This document shows, piece after piece, positions 1 to 9,543 of a stretch of 64,000 nucleotides of DNA. This DNA is from Acidaminococcales bacterium. Its GTDB lineage: Bacteria > Bacillota > Negativicutes > Acidaminococcales > JAISLQ01. The stretch is from assembly GCA_031552765.1 (NCBI GenBank), contig JAVBME010000005.1:9328-73327 (forward strand), written 5' to 3'. Position 1 is the first letter of the stretch; each line of letters starts with the position of its first letter. Below the pieces are notes generated by a model, which was given only the letters and a program-made list of their open reading frames with translations, made no database searches and was not told the DNA's origin. A program made the translations under genes and the position numbers.

Positions 1-1
1 G

Positions 2-67
2 GACACAATCAGCGTGGATGAAGTGTTTTCCGCTTGTTTGCCGCATCTTGCTACGGAGAATGCATAA
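2..67 (+). CDS. 3' end of a CDS running in from the left edge (...DTISVDEVFSACLPHLATENA*), product unknown
   Basis: Frame 2 is open from the window edge to TAA 65-67. The stop overlaps the next ATG at 67 (TAATG), a coupled operon junction. Confidence 0.4.
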   Translation, partial: DTISVDEVFSACLPHLATENA

Positions 68-1107
68 TGAAGATAAGTAAAGCCGACAGCATACTGGTCA
101 CTTTTCTCATGCAACTGGGAGACTTGGTACTTATCACGCCTTTTCTTACCGCGTTGCGCCGGGCGGCGCCGCAGGCAAAAATAACCTTGCTGATGGACGT
201 AAAGTGGCTGGAAATCATGGCGTCTAATCCAGATATAGATGAAATATTGCCGCTAGACCGCAAAGGCAAGGACAACAGCCTGGCCGCCCTGTGGAAATAC
301 CGCAGAAAACTGCAAAAAAGAAAATTTGACCTGGCGATAAACCTGAACCCCAGCGAACGCTGCTCATTTTTAGCGGCTTTCAGCGGCGCCAAATTCAAGA
401 CCGGAGCTACAAAAAGCTTGTTTGCGCCCTTTTATGACCGGCGGCTCAGATTAAACAGGAAACTGCATGCCGCGGATATGTATTTGGATATATTAGGGCA
501 GTTGGGCGTTGAGGACTTAGCTAACGACGGGTTAAAAGTAGTCCTTACGGAAGAATACAGGAAACAGGCGGCAGATTTTTTTACTGCCAAGGGTATAGTG
601 CCTGAAGATAAATTGATAGGTTTTAATATCGGCAGCGCCTCGGCCACCAAGTGCTGGCTGCCGGACAGGTTTGCCCAGGTAGCGGACGCTTTGGCAGCGG
701 ATGGTTATAAAACAGTTTTTTTTGGCAGTAAAGCGGAACTTGCCGTAGTAGAAAAAGCGGTAAGTCTTATGCACACCAAACCGGTTATCGCCACAGGGGC
801 GTTTGGTCTGGGCGGGCTTACCGCGGCCTTGGGGCGTATAGAGCTTTTGATAACCAACGACAGCGGGCCGATGCATTTGGCGGTCAGCCAAAAAACACCG
901 CTGGTAGCGCTGTATGGGCCGTCAAAACCCGAGCTGTACGGGCCTTATACACTTGACGGCGCAGCGGTGGTGAAGGCACAGCCGCCTTGTGAGAACTGCC
1001 TGGATCGTATGAAACATAAATGCGCCGATATGCGCTGTATGAATGACTTGACTGTAGCGCAAGTCATTGAAGCAGCTAACAAAATGCTGGCGAAAGGGAA
1101 AAAGTAA
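67..1107 (+). CDS. Glycosyltransferase family 9 (ADP-heptose:LPS heptosyltransferase-like)
   Basis: ORF 34..1107, with the likely start at ATG 67 (MKISKADSILV). It has the N-terminal LGDLVLITPFL and C-terminal ITNDSGPMHLA...PLVALYGPS motifs typical of GT9. Confidence 0.8.
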   Translation: MKISKADSILVTFLMQLGDLVLITPFLTALRRAAPQAKITLLMDVKWLEIMASNPDIDEILPLDRKGKDNSLAALWKYRRKLQKRKFDLAINLNPSERCSFLAAFSGAKFKTGATKSLFAPFYDRRLRLNRKLHAADMYLDILGQLGVEDLANDGLKVVLTEEYRKQAADFFTAKGIVPEDKLIGFNIGSASATKCWLPDRFAQVADALAADGYKTVFFGSKAELAVVEKAVSLMHTKPVIATGAFGLGGLTAALGRIELLITNDSGPMHLAVSQKTPLVALYGPSKPELYGPYTLDGAAVVKAQPPCENCLDRMKHKCADMRCMNDLTVAQVIEAANKMLAKGKK

Positions 1108-1871
1108 TGTCGCTGTGCGTGGTAATATTGACTTTTAATGAAGAGCAACATATAGAAGCCGCTGTAGAGTCCGCTAAAAAAGTGGCAGAGGAGATACTTG
1201 TCATTGATTCGGGCAGTTCGGACAAGACAGTGGTGTTGGCGGAAAAACACGGCGCCAGAGTGTTGTTTCGTCCCTGGGATGACGACTTTGCCGCAGCAAG
1301 GAATTTTGCTGATGACAAGACAGAGGCGCAGTGGTTGCTGCACCTTGATGCTGACGAGCGTATTTCCGACGAACTGGCCGACAGTATAAAAAAAGCTCTG
1401 CTAGGTAGTGAAAGAAAAATATATGCTTTTAAGCGCAGTAATAATGCTTTCGGCAAGGAATTCAAATATGGCGTTTTTCATCCTGATAGAGTAAGGCGCC
1501 TTTATCCGCGAGGAAAAGCCATATGGATAGGGAAGGTGCACGAAAGTATACAAAGTGATTTGCCGCGAGTATGCTTGTTTGGCAAGCTTGTGCATTATAC
1601 TTACTCCGATTGGGAACAATATTTTTATAAATTCAATAAATATACCAGCATATGGGCAAGGCAAGCTTATGATGCCGGGAAGAGTACTTCCATGGCAACA
1701 GCATTTGCTCATGCCGTCTTTGCTTTGATAAAAACCTTACTGTTACACGGTGGTTTTTTAGATGGTCTTATTGGTATAGCTACATGCTTTATGTATTTTA
1801 GTTATACCCTGGTAAAATATTTAAAACTTTACCAACTGCAGGTAGGCAGGGAGCGAGTATCAGCTGATTAA
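1107..1871 (+). CDS. Glycosyltransferase family 2 (LPS-core type, WaaE/KdtX-like)
   Basis: The ATG overlaps the upstream stop (TAATG 1105-1109). It has the N-terminal VVILTFNEE...IDSGSSDKT...LDADE GT-A signature. Confidence 0.75.
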   Translation: MSLCVVILTFNEEQHIEAAVESAKKVAEEILVIDSGSSDKTVVLAEKHGARVLFRPWDDDFAAARNFADDKTEAQWLLHLDADERISDELADSIKKALLGSERKIYAFKRSNNAFGKEFKYGVFHPDRVRRLYPRGKAIWIGKVHESIQSDLPRVCLFGKLVHYTYSDWEQYFYKFNKYTSIWARQAYDAGKSTSMATAFAHAVFALIKTLLLHGGFLDGLIGIATCFMYFSYTLVKYLKLYQLQVGRERVSAD

Positions 1872-2032
1872 GACATTTAAAAGCCCGCCCAATATCCATA
1901 CTTGAACAATCTAGCATTAATAGAGTGGTTTAGGCGCATACATGTGTATTACTGTTGCTAGGTAAAAACAGTAAGAAAACTTTTTGCTAGTCTAGAGCCT
2001 AATGAAAAAGTAAAGCAAAAGGGGGCCTTTTA

Positions 2033-3109
2033 TTGAATAGAGAATATAATACTATATTGGTACACTTGCTGGCTAATCTGGGAGATGTGGTTTTTGCGAC
2101 ATCTACGCTTTATTTGATAAGACAGAGGTATCCGAAAGCAAAGATAGTTTTTTTGGTTAGAACGGGCATTGCGGAAGTTTTTAAAAATCATTCGTGTATT
2201 GATGAGGTAATACCGTTTTCGTATACAAGTGGAGGCGATTATCTCTCTGTTTTTAAGGCAGCAAACTTAATTAAAAAATATAATTTTGACATGTCCATTT
2301 CGTTGGGGGGCAGGTTTAGAATAGATCTTTCAGTTTGGTTAGCGGGGATACCAGTACGTGTGGGAGCAGACCGAATATGGAACAATAGAAAAAGATGTCC
2401 CTCATATTTATATACACATACTATAAAGATGGGGGATTTGAAAAACAAGCCTATTTATCAGAGCTTCCAAAAGCTCTTTAATACTTTCATAAATGATACT
2501 AAGTCTAAAAATGATATCAGGCCTTTTGTCGGCAAAGCGCCAGAGGAAAACCTTCGGAAAGCGCACGAGCTACTGGCGGGACTTGCTAGACCTGGCGCCA
2601 TGAGTTTAGCTGTTTGCGTGAAAGCCGAACACTTGACAAAGAATTGGCAACCTGAAAGATTTGCGGAAGTTTTAGATATTATCTTAGAGAAATATGCAAT
2701 AAATGCATTTATTGTAGGGGTACAATCTGATAGGGCCTATGCCGAGGATATAATAAAAAACTGTAAGTATAAAGTAGAAAACTTGTGCGGCAAGACGTCA
2801 TTATTAGACTTGGTGGCATTGTTTGAACAAAGCGATATGTTGCTGTCTATTGATAATGGCTCGGCCCACCTTGCTGCGGCTACCGGACTGCCGGTAGTGT
2901 GCATTTGCATAGGTACAAGTCCGTTAACTATTCCTCCTACAGCGGAAGCGTTTTTGTGTGTTGGACGTGATAGATTGGCAGAATATACAGACTTGGCTTC
3001 TGATAAACAGGTAGATATAACTGTAGATGAAGTTTTGCGAGATATAGAAGACATTATCGCTTTTAGCAAAAATAAGCATCATAAGACTCATACAGGCAAA
3101 GGGGAGTAA
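2033..3109 (+). CDS. Glycosyltransferase family 9 (second heptosyltransferase-like paralog)
   Basis: TTG start preceded by AAGGGGG. It has the LLANLGDVVFATS N-terminal motif and the C-terminal IDNGSAHLAAATGLPVV motif. Confidence 0.8.
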   Translation: MNREYNTILVHLLANLGDVVFATSTLYLIRQRYPKAKIVFLVRTGIAEVFKNHSCIDEVIPFSYTSGGDYLSVFKAANLIKKYNFDMSISLGGRFRIDLSVWLAGIPVRVGADRIWNNRKRCPSYLYTHTIKMGDLKNKPIYQSFQKLFNTFINDTKSKNDIRPFVGKAPEENLRKAHELLAGLARPGAMSLAVCVKAEHLTKNWQPERFAEVLDIILEKYAINAFIVGVQSDRAYAEDIIKNCKYKVENLCGKTSLLDLVALFEQSDMLLSIDNGSAHLAAATGLPVVCICIGTSPLTIPPTAEAFLCVGRDRLAEYTDLASDKQVDITVDEVLRDIEDIIAFSKNKHHKTHTGKGE

Positions 3110-3112
3110 CGA

Positions 3113-4036
3113 GTGAATATTTCTATGGTTGTTTGCACATATAACCGTATTAAAATGTTAAAAGAGGCAATTAACTCTCTTCTTTGCCAATCAATAATAA
3201 ATGATCCGTCAATAAAATGGGAAGTTATAGTTGTAAACAATAATTCTGATGATGGCACAGAAGAATACCTCAAAGAACTTGCTAAAGAAAACCGTTTTGT
3301 AAAATATGTGCTAGAAACAAACCAGGGAATCGGTTATGCGCGTAATGCCGCATTAGAAAATGCGCAGTATGATATAATTGCTTATATAGATGATGATGAA
3401 ACGGCTGATGAAAACTGGGCTGCTGAAATGATAAGGGTATTTAAGGAGAATGATAATATCGGGTGTGTGTCAGGGCCATATTATCTGGAGGAGAAAGAGA
3501 AGATACCAACTTGGTTTCCTAAAGAAATGCATGGTATACTTGGCGATATTAACAATTATAGCGAGCAAAAAGATTATTTTGATTTGGGTAGAAAAGATTG
3601 CTATGCCGGAAATATGGCTATCAGCAAAAAAGTTGTTGAACATGGCTTGCGTTTTCCTTTATTGGGTCGAAAGAAAGATATTCTTTTGAACGGGGAAGAT
3701 ATATATATGGCTTTTAGCATATATGATGCTGGATTTAAAGTTTTTTATGCACCCAAGGCTAAAATCTACCATAAATTTATTCCAGCTCGCGCAACGGTAA
3801 ATTATGCGATAAAATCTTTTAAAGGGCTTGCTTACAGTAATGCAAAAAAGAATAAATTTTTTTACTATTTTTTTTGCTTGTTTTTAAGAACTCTAATATT
3901 TCCCTTTAGGGTTCTTTTAGATTATCGAAAACGGCTATATCACTTTGTTAGAATTTTTTATGAATATTATCGACTGAAAGCAAGCATGCAGATGATATTT
4001 GGTGATAATAACATTGGGTGCAATAAACTTCAATAA
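3113..4036 (+). CDS. Glycosyltransferase family 2
   Basis: GTG start after AAAGGGGAG. It has ISMVVCTYNR...VVNNNSDDGT...YIDDDE (GT-A, DxD). Confidence 0.75.
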   Translation: MNISMVVCTYNRIKMLKEAINSLLCQSIINDPSIKWEVIVVNNNSDDGTEEYLKELAKENRFVKYVLETNQGIGYARNAALENAQYDIIAYIDDDETADENWAAEMIRVFKENDNIGCVSGPYYLEEKEKIPTWFPKEMHGILGDINNYSEQKDYFDLGRKDCYAGNMAISKKVVEHGLRFPLLGRKKDILLNGEDIYMAFSIYDAGFKVFYAPKAKIYHKFIPARATVNYAIKSFKGLAYSNAKKNKFFYYFFCLFLRTLIFPFRVLLDYRKRLYHFVRIFYEYYRLKASMQMIFGDNNIGCNKLQ

Positions 4037-4047
4037 CGAGGTAAGTC

Positions 4048-5286
4048 ATGCTATATCGTTCAAAAATTGAAAAATTGTTATATAGAATAAGCTTATACTC
4101 GTTACTGATCTATGCGGCTCTTTCTTGTACAAGCCAAGTGGGCTCCCGAAACATACTTGCCATTGGCTTGTTATCAGTGACTATACTTGTTTTGTTGCAT
4201 CCGGAATATTTAATTGATTTTTGGCGAAAAAATGATAAGATAGTATCGGGCATATCCCTTTTTTTTGCTGCGTTAATTATTTCGTCATTTTTTAGCATTA
4301 ATATTTTGACTAGCATAAAAACTACTTGGAATTATTTGCTTTGGTTCGCTCCGTTCCCATTGACAGCGATATTGGTCAAGAATAAATGTCAGTTTGCTGT
4401 TCTTTTAAAATTATTGTCTTTGTCTGTGTTTATAGCCTCATTGCATGTAGCTTATCAGTTTTTGAAGGATGTTCCCAGAGCAGCGGCTATGAATGGGGAT
4501 ATAATGACTTTGGCTAGTATTATGGCAATGATTGTGCCGTTATTACTAGTTGTTATGCTTGAGGGTGAAGGCTTATCCACAAAAGAGCATGTTTTTGTTG
4601 GTGTATTGTTTTCTATGGCACTTTTTGCCTTATATTGCAGTCTTACACGTGGAGCGTGGCTGGCTGTTCTTGTTTGTATGATTTTTTATTTCTTTTTAGC
4701 TGTTTATAAATACGGTATTTTGAATAAGAAGATTTTAGGTTTTTTTTTACTAACGATGGTGTTCTTAACAACACTTTATTTTACTAACTCATTTTTTGCA
4801 TCGCGCTTTAATTCTGCTTTTTCAGCAAAAGACCAATCAAGCCAGGAGAGGGTATATTTATGGAAATCCAGTTGGAACATACTTAAAGATCATCCAGCAG
4901 TAGGTACGGGGCCGGGAACTTTCGGGCAGGTTTACGAGAGTAAATATATTTTGCCGGAAGCTAAGGTTCAAGGGCTTGACCATGCCCATAATAATTTTCT
5001 CAATATGCTGGCAGAAGGCGGTGTATTGTTGGGAAGTGCTTTTATTTATATGTTTTTTTGTGTTTTGCAATATTGTTGGCAGCTAAGAAAAAGCAAACCA
5101 ACTGGATATTTTTTTACAGCATGCTTTCTTGCAATATTAGGTTTTTTACTGCATGGCCTTACTGAGTTTAATTATTCTAAAGTAGTTGCAGTCAGGCTTC
5201 TATGGTTTTTTGTAGGTATCGCGGTTGTAGCCGGGACTGAGTGGTTTTCTTCAGATATAAAAGATAGAATGCAAAATATATGCTGA
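4048..5286 (+). CDS. O-antigen ligase family membrane protein (WaaL/Wzy_C-like)
   Basis: Polytopic hydrophobic protein with a periplasmic-loop motif GTGPGTF...HAHNNFLNMLAEGG typical of O-antigen ligases. Confidence 0.75.
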   Translation: MLYRSKIEKLLYRISLYSLLIYAALSCTSQVGSRNILAIGLLSVTILVLLHPEYLIDFWRKNDKIVSGISLFFAALIISSFFSINILTSIKTTWNYLLWFAPFPLTAILVKNKCQFAVLLKLLSLSVFIASLHVAYQFLKDVPRAAAMNGDIMTLASIMAMIVPLLLVVMLEGEGLSTKEHVFVGVLFSMALFALYCSLTRGAWLAVLVCMIFYFFLAVYKYGILNKKILGFFLLTMVFLTTLYFTNSFFASRFNSAFSAKDQSSQERVYLWKSSWNILKDHPAVGTGPGTFGQVYESKYILPEAKVQGLDHAHNNFLNMLAEGGVLLGSAFIYMFFCVLQYCWQLRKSKPTGYFFTACFLAILGFLLHGLTEFNYSKVVAVRLLWFFVGIAVVAGTEWFSSDIKDRMQNIC

Positions 5287-5299
5287 TTTATTTTATATG

Positions 5300-5329
5300 C
5301 ATTTAAATATATAGTAATATATTTAAATG
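5300..5329. repeat. 13-bp perfect AT-rich inverted repeat (CATTTAAATATAT-AGTA-ATATATTTAAATG)
   Basis: Read directly from the sequence. It lies between the waaL-like stop and the MFS start, so it could be an operator or a weak terminator. Confidence 0.6.
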
Positions 5330-5372
5330 AGAAAATATTTACATTACGAGAGATCTATAAAGGAGTATTTTT

Positions 5373-6791
5373 ATGGTCGATATCCACAAAAATGGCGTAG
5401 ATCTTAACAATAAAACCTTACAATGGCTTCCCTGGCTGGTAGCCATTTCTTTTTTTATGCAGATGTTTGACGGTACGGTGCTCAATACGGCTTTGCCGGC
5501 CATCGCTAAAAGTATGGGCGAGCCGACCCTGCGCTTGCAAAGCGCTATTATTGCCTACATGCTGACTGTGGCTATCTTTATACCCGCTTCCGGCTGGCTG
5601 GCCGACCGTTTTGGGACAAAGCGGCTTATGGCCTTTTCTATATCGCTGTTTACTTTTGGCTCTATATTATGTGCTATGTCGCCTAACCTCTTGTTGCTCA
5701 TCTTTTCCCGCATTGTCCAGGGCATTGGCGGCGCTTTGATGGTTCCGGTGGGGCGTTTGGCGGTATTGAAAGTCTATCCCCGTGAGCAGCTTATCAATGT
5801 GCTGAGCTTTGTTACCATGCCCGGCCTGGCGGGTTCTCTGTTGGGGCCGGCGGTTGGCGGCTTTTTGGTAGAATATGCGACATGGCATTGGATATTCCTT
5901 ATCAATATACCTATAGGAATTTGTGGCGTCTTGATGAACCGTCGCTATATGCCGGATTTGCGCTCGAAAAGCCTGGCTCCGTTTAGCTGGCGTGATTTCT
6001 CTTTATTCGCGCTTTCTCTTTTTCTTATCACACTGGCCCTTGAAGGGGTTGATGGTTTTGGCTTTTCCGCTTGGCTGTTTACTTTTATTATGGCCAGTGG
6101 CTTGTTCTGTCAGTTCATTTACTGGCATGTTTTTGCAAATGAGCCGGGAGCGCTCTTTAAAGCCGGCCTATTGAAGGCGGTGCGTTTTGTGATTGGCCTG
6201 TCGGCCGGTATATTTACGCGTATAGGTACTGGGGCCATACCTCTCTTGATACCGCTTTTCATGCAAATGGTGCTGGAGTTCTCTCCCCTGAAAACAGGCC
6301 TCTTGATGATACCGGCCGCTCTTACTTCCATAATGTGCAAACCCTTGGCTAATCCCTTAGTCAAACGTTTTGGTTTTAGAAAAATCCTTTTTGCCAATAC
6401 AGTGCTGCAAGGACTTTTCATTTCCAGCCTTTCCTTCTCGTCGGTACATTCTAACATACCGTTTATGTTGCTGCATCTGGGTTTGCTGGGCGGGGTTAAT
6501 TCCATTCAATTTACTGTGCTAAATACCTTTACCCTGTTTGACTTGGACAATGAAGACACATCCAGCGGCAATACGCTTTTGTCCGTAGTCATACAGATTT
6601 CACAAAGCCTTTCTCTAGGCATTGCCACTTTTGTTTTGTTTTTCTTCCTGGGACACAATTCCTATGCGGATATAATAGCCACCGAAAATGCTTTTCATTG
6701 GACTTTTACCGTACTTGGCCTTAGTTCGGTAGGATCGGCGGCTATCTTTTGGCTCGCGCCGCGCGATAAAGAAGAAAAAGCCCTCATTTGA
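5373..6791 (+). CDS. MFS transporter, DHA2 (EmrB/MdtD-like, 14-TMS type)
   Basis: Has the motif GWLADRFGTKR and FSRIVQGIGGALMVP. Length and hydrophobicity fit the DHA2 family. Confidence 0.8.
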   Translation: MVDIHKNGVDLNNKTLQWLPWLVAISFFMQMFDGTVLNTALPAIAKSMGEPTLRLQSAIIAYMLTVAIFIPASGWLADRFGTKRLMAFSISLFTFGSILCAMSPNLLLLIFSRIVQGIGGALMVPVGRLAVLKVYPREQLINVLSFVTMPGLAGSLLGPAVGGFLVEYATWHWIFLINIPIGICGVLMNRRYMPDLRSKSLAPFSWRDFSLFALSLFLITLALEGVDGFGFSAWLFTFIMASGLFCQFIYWHVFANEPGALFKAGLLKAVRFVIGLSAGIFTRIGTGAIPLLIPLFMQMVLEFSPLKTGLLMIPAALTSIMCKPLANPLVKRFGFRKILFANTVLQGLFISSLSFSSVHSNIPFMLLHLGLLGGVNSIQFTVLNTFTLFDLDNEDTSSGNTLLSVVIQISQSLSLGIATFVLFFFLGHNSYADIIATENAFHWTFTVLGLSSVGSAAIFWLAPRDKEEKALI

Positions 6792-7377
6792 GGGCTTTTT
6801 CTATAGCAGTAATAAGATGTGTTTTGAATATTTCTATGCCAATATTTTCGCTTCGTGTTTTAAGTCCGCTGCAAAGGGCAAAATCTTCTAACTGTTCTTT
6901 TGTAGTGGCTCGTACGCCGGTATCGCAAAAAAGAGCTTCATCACAGTACAGGCCAAATTTTTCCCTGAATACCGCTTTTTCATGGTCAGTTTTTGCTTCG
7001 TAAGCAAAAAAACGCCGCCAGTTGCAAAGCTCGCGCGGCGTAAGGAAAAAAGTCCGCGGCATGGCGCTTGTATCTATGCCTGTGATGGCGTGTATGCAAT
7101 TTATTTGATCTAGGAAAACGACAGGGTCTTTAGCGGTAAAAATTTGTAAGTCAGGGTGGCATTTGCAGCCGTAAAGCAATAGTATTTTATCAGCTTTGCT
7201 GTTACTTATAGCTGTGGATAGTTCGAGTTTTAGTGCCGAAAGATCTGTATGCAGCCTCTGATCCAGGTAAGATAGAGAAAAATTAGCATAGAACCGCCGG
7301 TCTTGATAAATTTGCTCCAATACCTTATCAAGTTCCAGTTGGAACGCTTCACAGGCCAGTATGTGTATTACACGCAT
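6784..7377 (-). CDS. DUF1638-like protein
   Basis: ORF 6784..7386; ATG 7377 has better AGAGGTG spacing. The pattern ILACE...LLLYGCKCHP...NCIHAITG...FFLTP resembles DUF1638, recalled from memory. Confidence 0.5.
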   Translation of the reverse strand: MRVIHILACEAFQLELDKVLEQIYQDRRFYANFSLSYLDQRLHTDLSALKLELSTAISNSKADKILLLYGCKCHPDLQIFTAKDPVVFLDQINCIHAITGIDTSAMPRTFFLTPRELCNWRRFFAYEAKTDHEKAVFREKFGLYCDEALFCDTGVRATTKEQLEDFALCSGLKTRSENIGIEIFKTHLITAIEKALK

Positions 7378-7509
7378 CTTGTTCACCTCTTTTATTATAA
7401 CTTATTGTAACATTTTTCCTGTTTGTTTTTCTATTTATGATAATTACTGTTAAAAGATAATAAATATGGTATAATATACTCGATTACAAAATACAAAGGG
7501 GGACATACA

Positions 7510-8112
7510 ATGAATAAGGTTTTTTGGGATTCCATACAAACCAGGAGATCTTTTTACGCAATAACCAGCGAGTCTTTAATTAGCGACCAAGCAATAGAAA
7601 ATATCGTTAAAGAAGCAGTAAAACATACCCCTTCGCCTTTTAACAGTTGTAGTTCCCGTGTATTGCTCCTTTTATGTGATCAGCACAAGAAATTTTGGGA
7701 GATAGTAAAAGAAGAAGTTAAAAAAGTAGCTCCGGTCGAGGCTTTTGCGGCTACAGAAGAGAAGATAAATAACTCCTTTGCCGCCGGTTACGGCACAGTG
7801 CTGTTTTTTGAAGAAATGAAGGTCATAAAAGGACTGCAAGAACAGTTCCCGCTATACAAGGACAATTTTCCTATCTGGTCGGACCATTCGGGAGGCATGC
7901 TGCAGTTTGTAGTATGGACCGCTCTTGAACTGGAAGGTTTTGGCGCTTCTCTCCAACATTATAACCCTTTGATCGACGCGCGGATCAAAAAAGAATGGAA
8001 TGCTCCTGACAGTTGGCGGCTTTTAGCGCAGATGCCGTTTGGTAAACCGCTGGCGCAGCCGGGGGCAAAGGAGTTTGGCCCCTTGAACGAGCGGGTAAAA
8101 GTTTATAAATAA
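7510..8112 (+). CDS. Nitroreductase family protein (Frm2/Hbn1-like)
   Basis: N-terminal IQTRRSFYAI and a length of about 200 aa. It is preceded by GGGGGA and an extended -10 (TGGTATAAT). Confidence 0.75.
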   Translation: MNKVFWDSIQTRRSFYAITSESLISDQAIENIVKEAVKHTPSPFNSCSSRVLLLLCDQHKKFWEIVKEEVKKVAPVEAFAATEEKINNSFAAGYGTVLFFEEMKVIKGLQEQFPLYKDNFPIWSDHSGGMLQFVVWTALELEGFGASLQHYNPLIDARIKKEWNAPDSWRLLAQMPFGKPLAQPGAKEFGPLNERVKVYK

Positions 8113-8120
8113 GTTACCGT

Positions 8121-8153
8121 AAAACCGGCAGATTAGATTCTGCCGGTTTTTTT
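8121..8153 (+). terminator. Rho-independent terminator
   Basis: CCGGCAGA (8125-8132) / TCTGCCGG (8139-8146) stem followed by T7. Confidence 0.75.
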
Positions 8154-8227
8154 ATATGGGAACAAAGAAACAAAATTTTTTACAGTTCTTCGTTGTGTTA
8201 ACACATGTGATATGATAAAATTTAATT

Positions 8228-8358
8228 CGCAAAGTCAATAATGAACACCTAACGGTGTCCGCTTGGATCATTACAGTGACCGAGACGGGGGATGGCTTGG
8301 CAGGGGCTTTTCCTGTCAGTATTACCTTTCGTTGCGGCGGAAGGTTTTTTATTTTTTT
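8228..8358 (+). promoter_or_regulatory. panD 5' leader with intrinsic terminator (candidate attenuator/riboswitch, unclassified)
   Basis: Candidate promoter TTGTGT(8193)-17-TAAAAT(8216). Hairpins at 8245-8258 and 8299-8317. An 8-bp stem at 8324-8345 is followed by T6-A-T7, ending 33 nt before the panD ATG. Confidence 0.45.
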
Positions 8359-8390
8359 ACTAATGTATATGAAATAAAGGAGAGTTGGAC

Positions 8391-8774
8391 ATGTTATATA
8401 CCATGTTTCATGGCAAAATCCACCGCGCGACCATAACCGAGGCCAATCTACATTATGTAGGCAGTATCACTATCGATAAAACTTTGATGGAAGCTGCCGG
8501 TATTTTGGAAGGGGAACGGGTGCAGGTAGTGGACATCGATAATGGCAGCCGCCTGGAAACCTACGTCATTCCCGGTGAGCCCGGTTCCGGCGTGATTTGC
8601 CTCAACGGCGCGGCGGCCCGTCTGGTATCTGTCGGCGATAAGGCGATAATTATCGCTTATGCTCAAATGGATGCCCAAGAGGCGAGGAATTTTATCCCGT
8701 CAGTTGTTATGGTAGACGAAAAAAACCGTATCACCGAAGTACGCGGCCAGGAACAACACGGACAAATAGCATGA
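8391..8774 (+). CDS. panD: Aspartate 1-decarboxylase
   Basis: [29 protein letters not shown] (processing site G-S) ...[14 protein letters not shown] 8391 follows AAAGGAGAG; the ORF-track start at 8385 is an upstream TTG. Confidence 0.92.
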   Translation: MLYTMFHGKIHRATITEANLHYVGSITIDKTLMEAAGILEGERVQVVDIDNGSRLETYVIPGEPGSGVICLNGAAARLVSVGDKAIIIAYAQMDAQEARNFIPSVVMVDEKNRITEVRGQEQHGQIA

Positions 8775-8869
8775 TTGTATATCAATATGAAGTAATGGTA
8801 TAATTTAATTAAGAAAACAATCCGCTGGAAATATGCATCCCCATTTATTAGTAAAAAGGGGGCATTTCT

Positions 8870-9304
8870 ATGTACAAAAAAGTATTGGTTCCTGTGGATG
8901 GCTCGGAAAGATCTCTTAAAGCGCTTGATTGCGCCAGTGCGCTGACAGGGCAAAACGGCGGCAAACTCGTGGTTTTGCATGTAGTCAAATATATTAAGGA
9001 AACTCACCTATTTGAAGTCCCCGATATTATGGAAGAGATAAATAAGGGCCGCGAAATTTTTGGCGAAAAATTGTTGGAGGAGATGAAAGCCCGGTTGGGG
9101 CCAGCAGTTTCGGCTAACGGACAGTTCCTGAAAGTAATCAGCCAGTTTCCTGCGGAAGTGATCGTCAATACTGCTAAACAGGAAAGCTGTGATGCTATAG
9201 TTATGGGCGCCAGAGGTCTGGGCAAAGCCGAAACCTTGTTTCTTGGCAGCGTAAGTGCGTCTGTGCTCAATATGACTGATCTGCCGGTACTGATCGTAAA
9301 ATAG
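8870..9304 (+). CDS. Universal stress protein (UspA family), paralog 1
   Basis: MYKKVLVPVDGS...IVMGARGLG...LGSVSASVL motif set. Confidence 0.88.
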   Translation: MYKKVLVPVDGSERSLKALDCASALTGQNGGKLVVLHVVKYIKETHLFEVPDIMEEINKGREIFGEKLLEEMKARLGPAVSANGQFLKVISQFPAEVIVNTAKQESCDAIVMGARGLGKAETLFLGSVSASVLNMTDLPVLIVK

Positions 9305-9324
9305 TAAACTATCAATAGAGAAAA

Positions 9325-9352
9325 CTTTGTTGCTTTTAGCAACAGAGTTTTT
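9325..9352 (+). terminator. Rho-independent terminator
   Basis: CTTTGTTGC / GCAACAGAG stem (one G-U pair) followed by T5. Confidence 0.65.
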
Positions 9353-9543
9353 CTCTTTACAAATGATTTATTCATCTAAGTTATTAAATAAACTGTAAAA
9401 TGATGCGATGAAAACACATTATTTGCAAACGATATGATAAATTATCTGATTGTATATAGTATAAAATAGTGGTATAATTTAATTGCGAGAATCGACGGTA
9501 TACAGGTGCATACCCATCTATAAACAGCTGAGGGGGTATTTAT

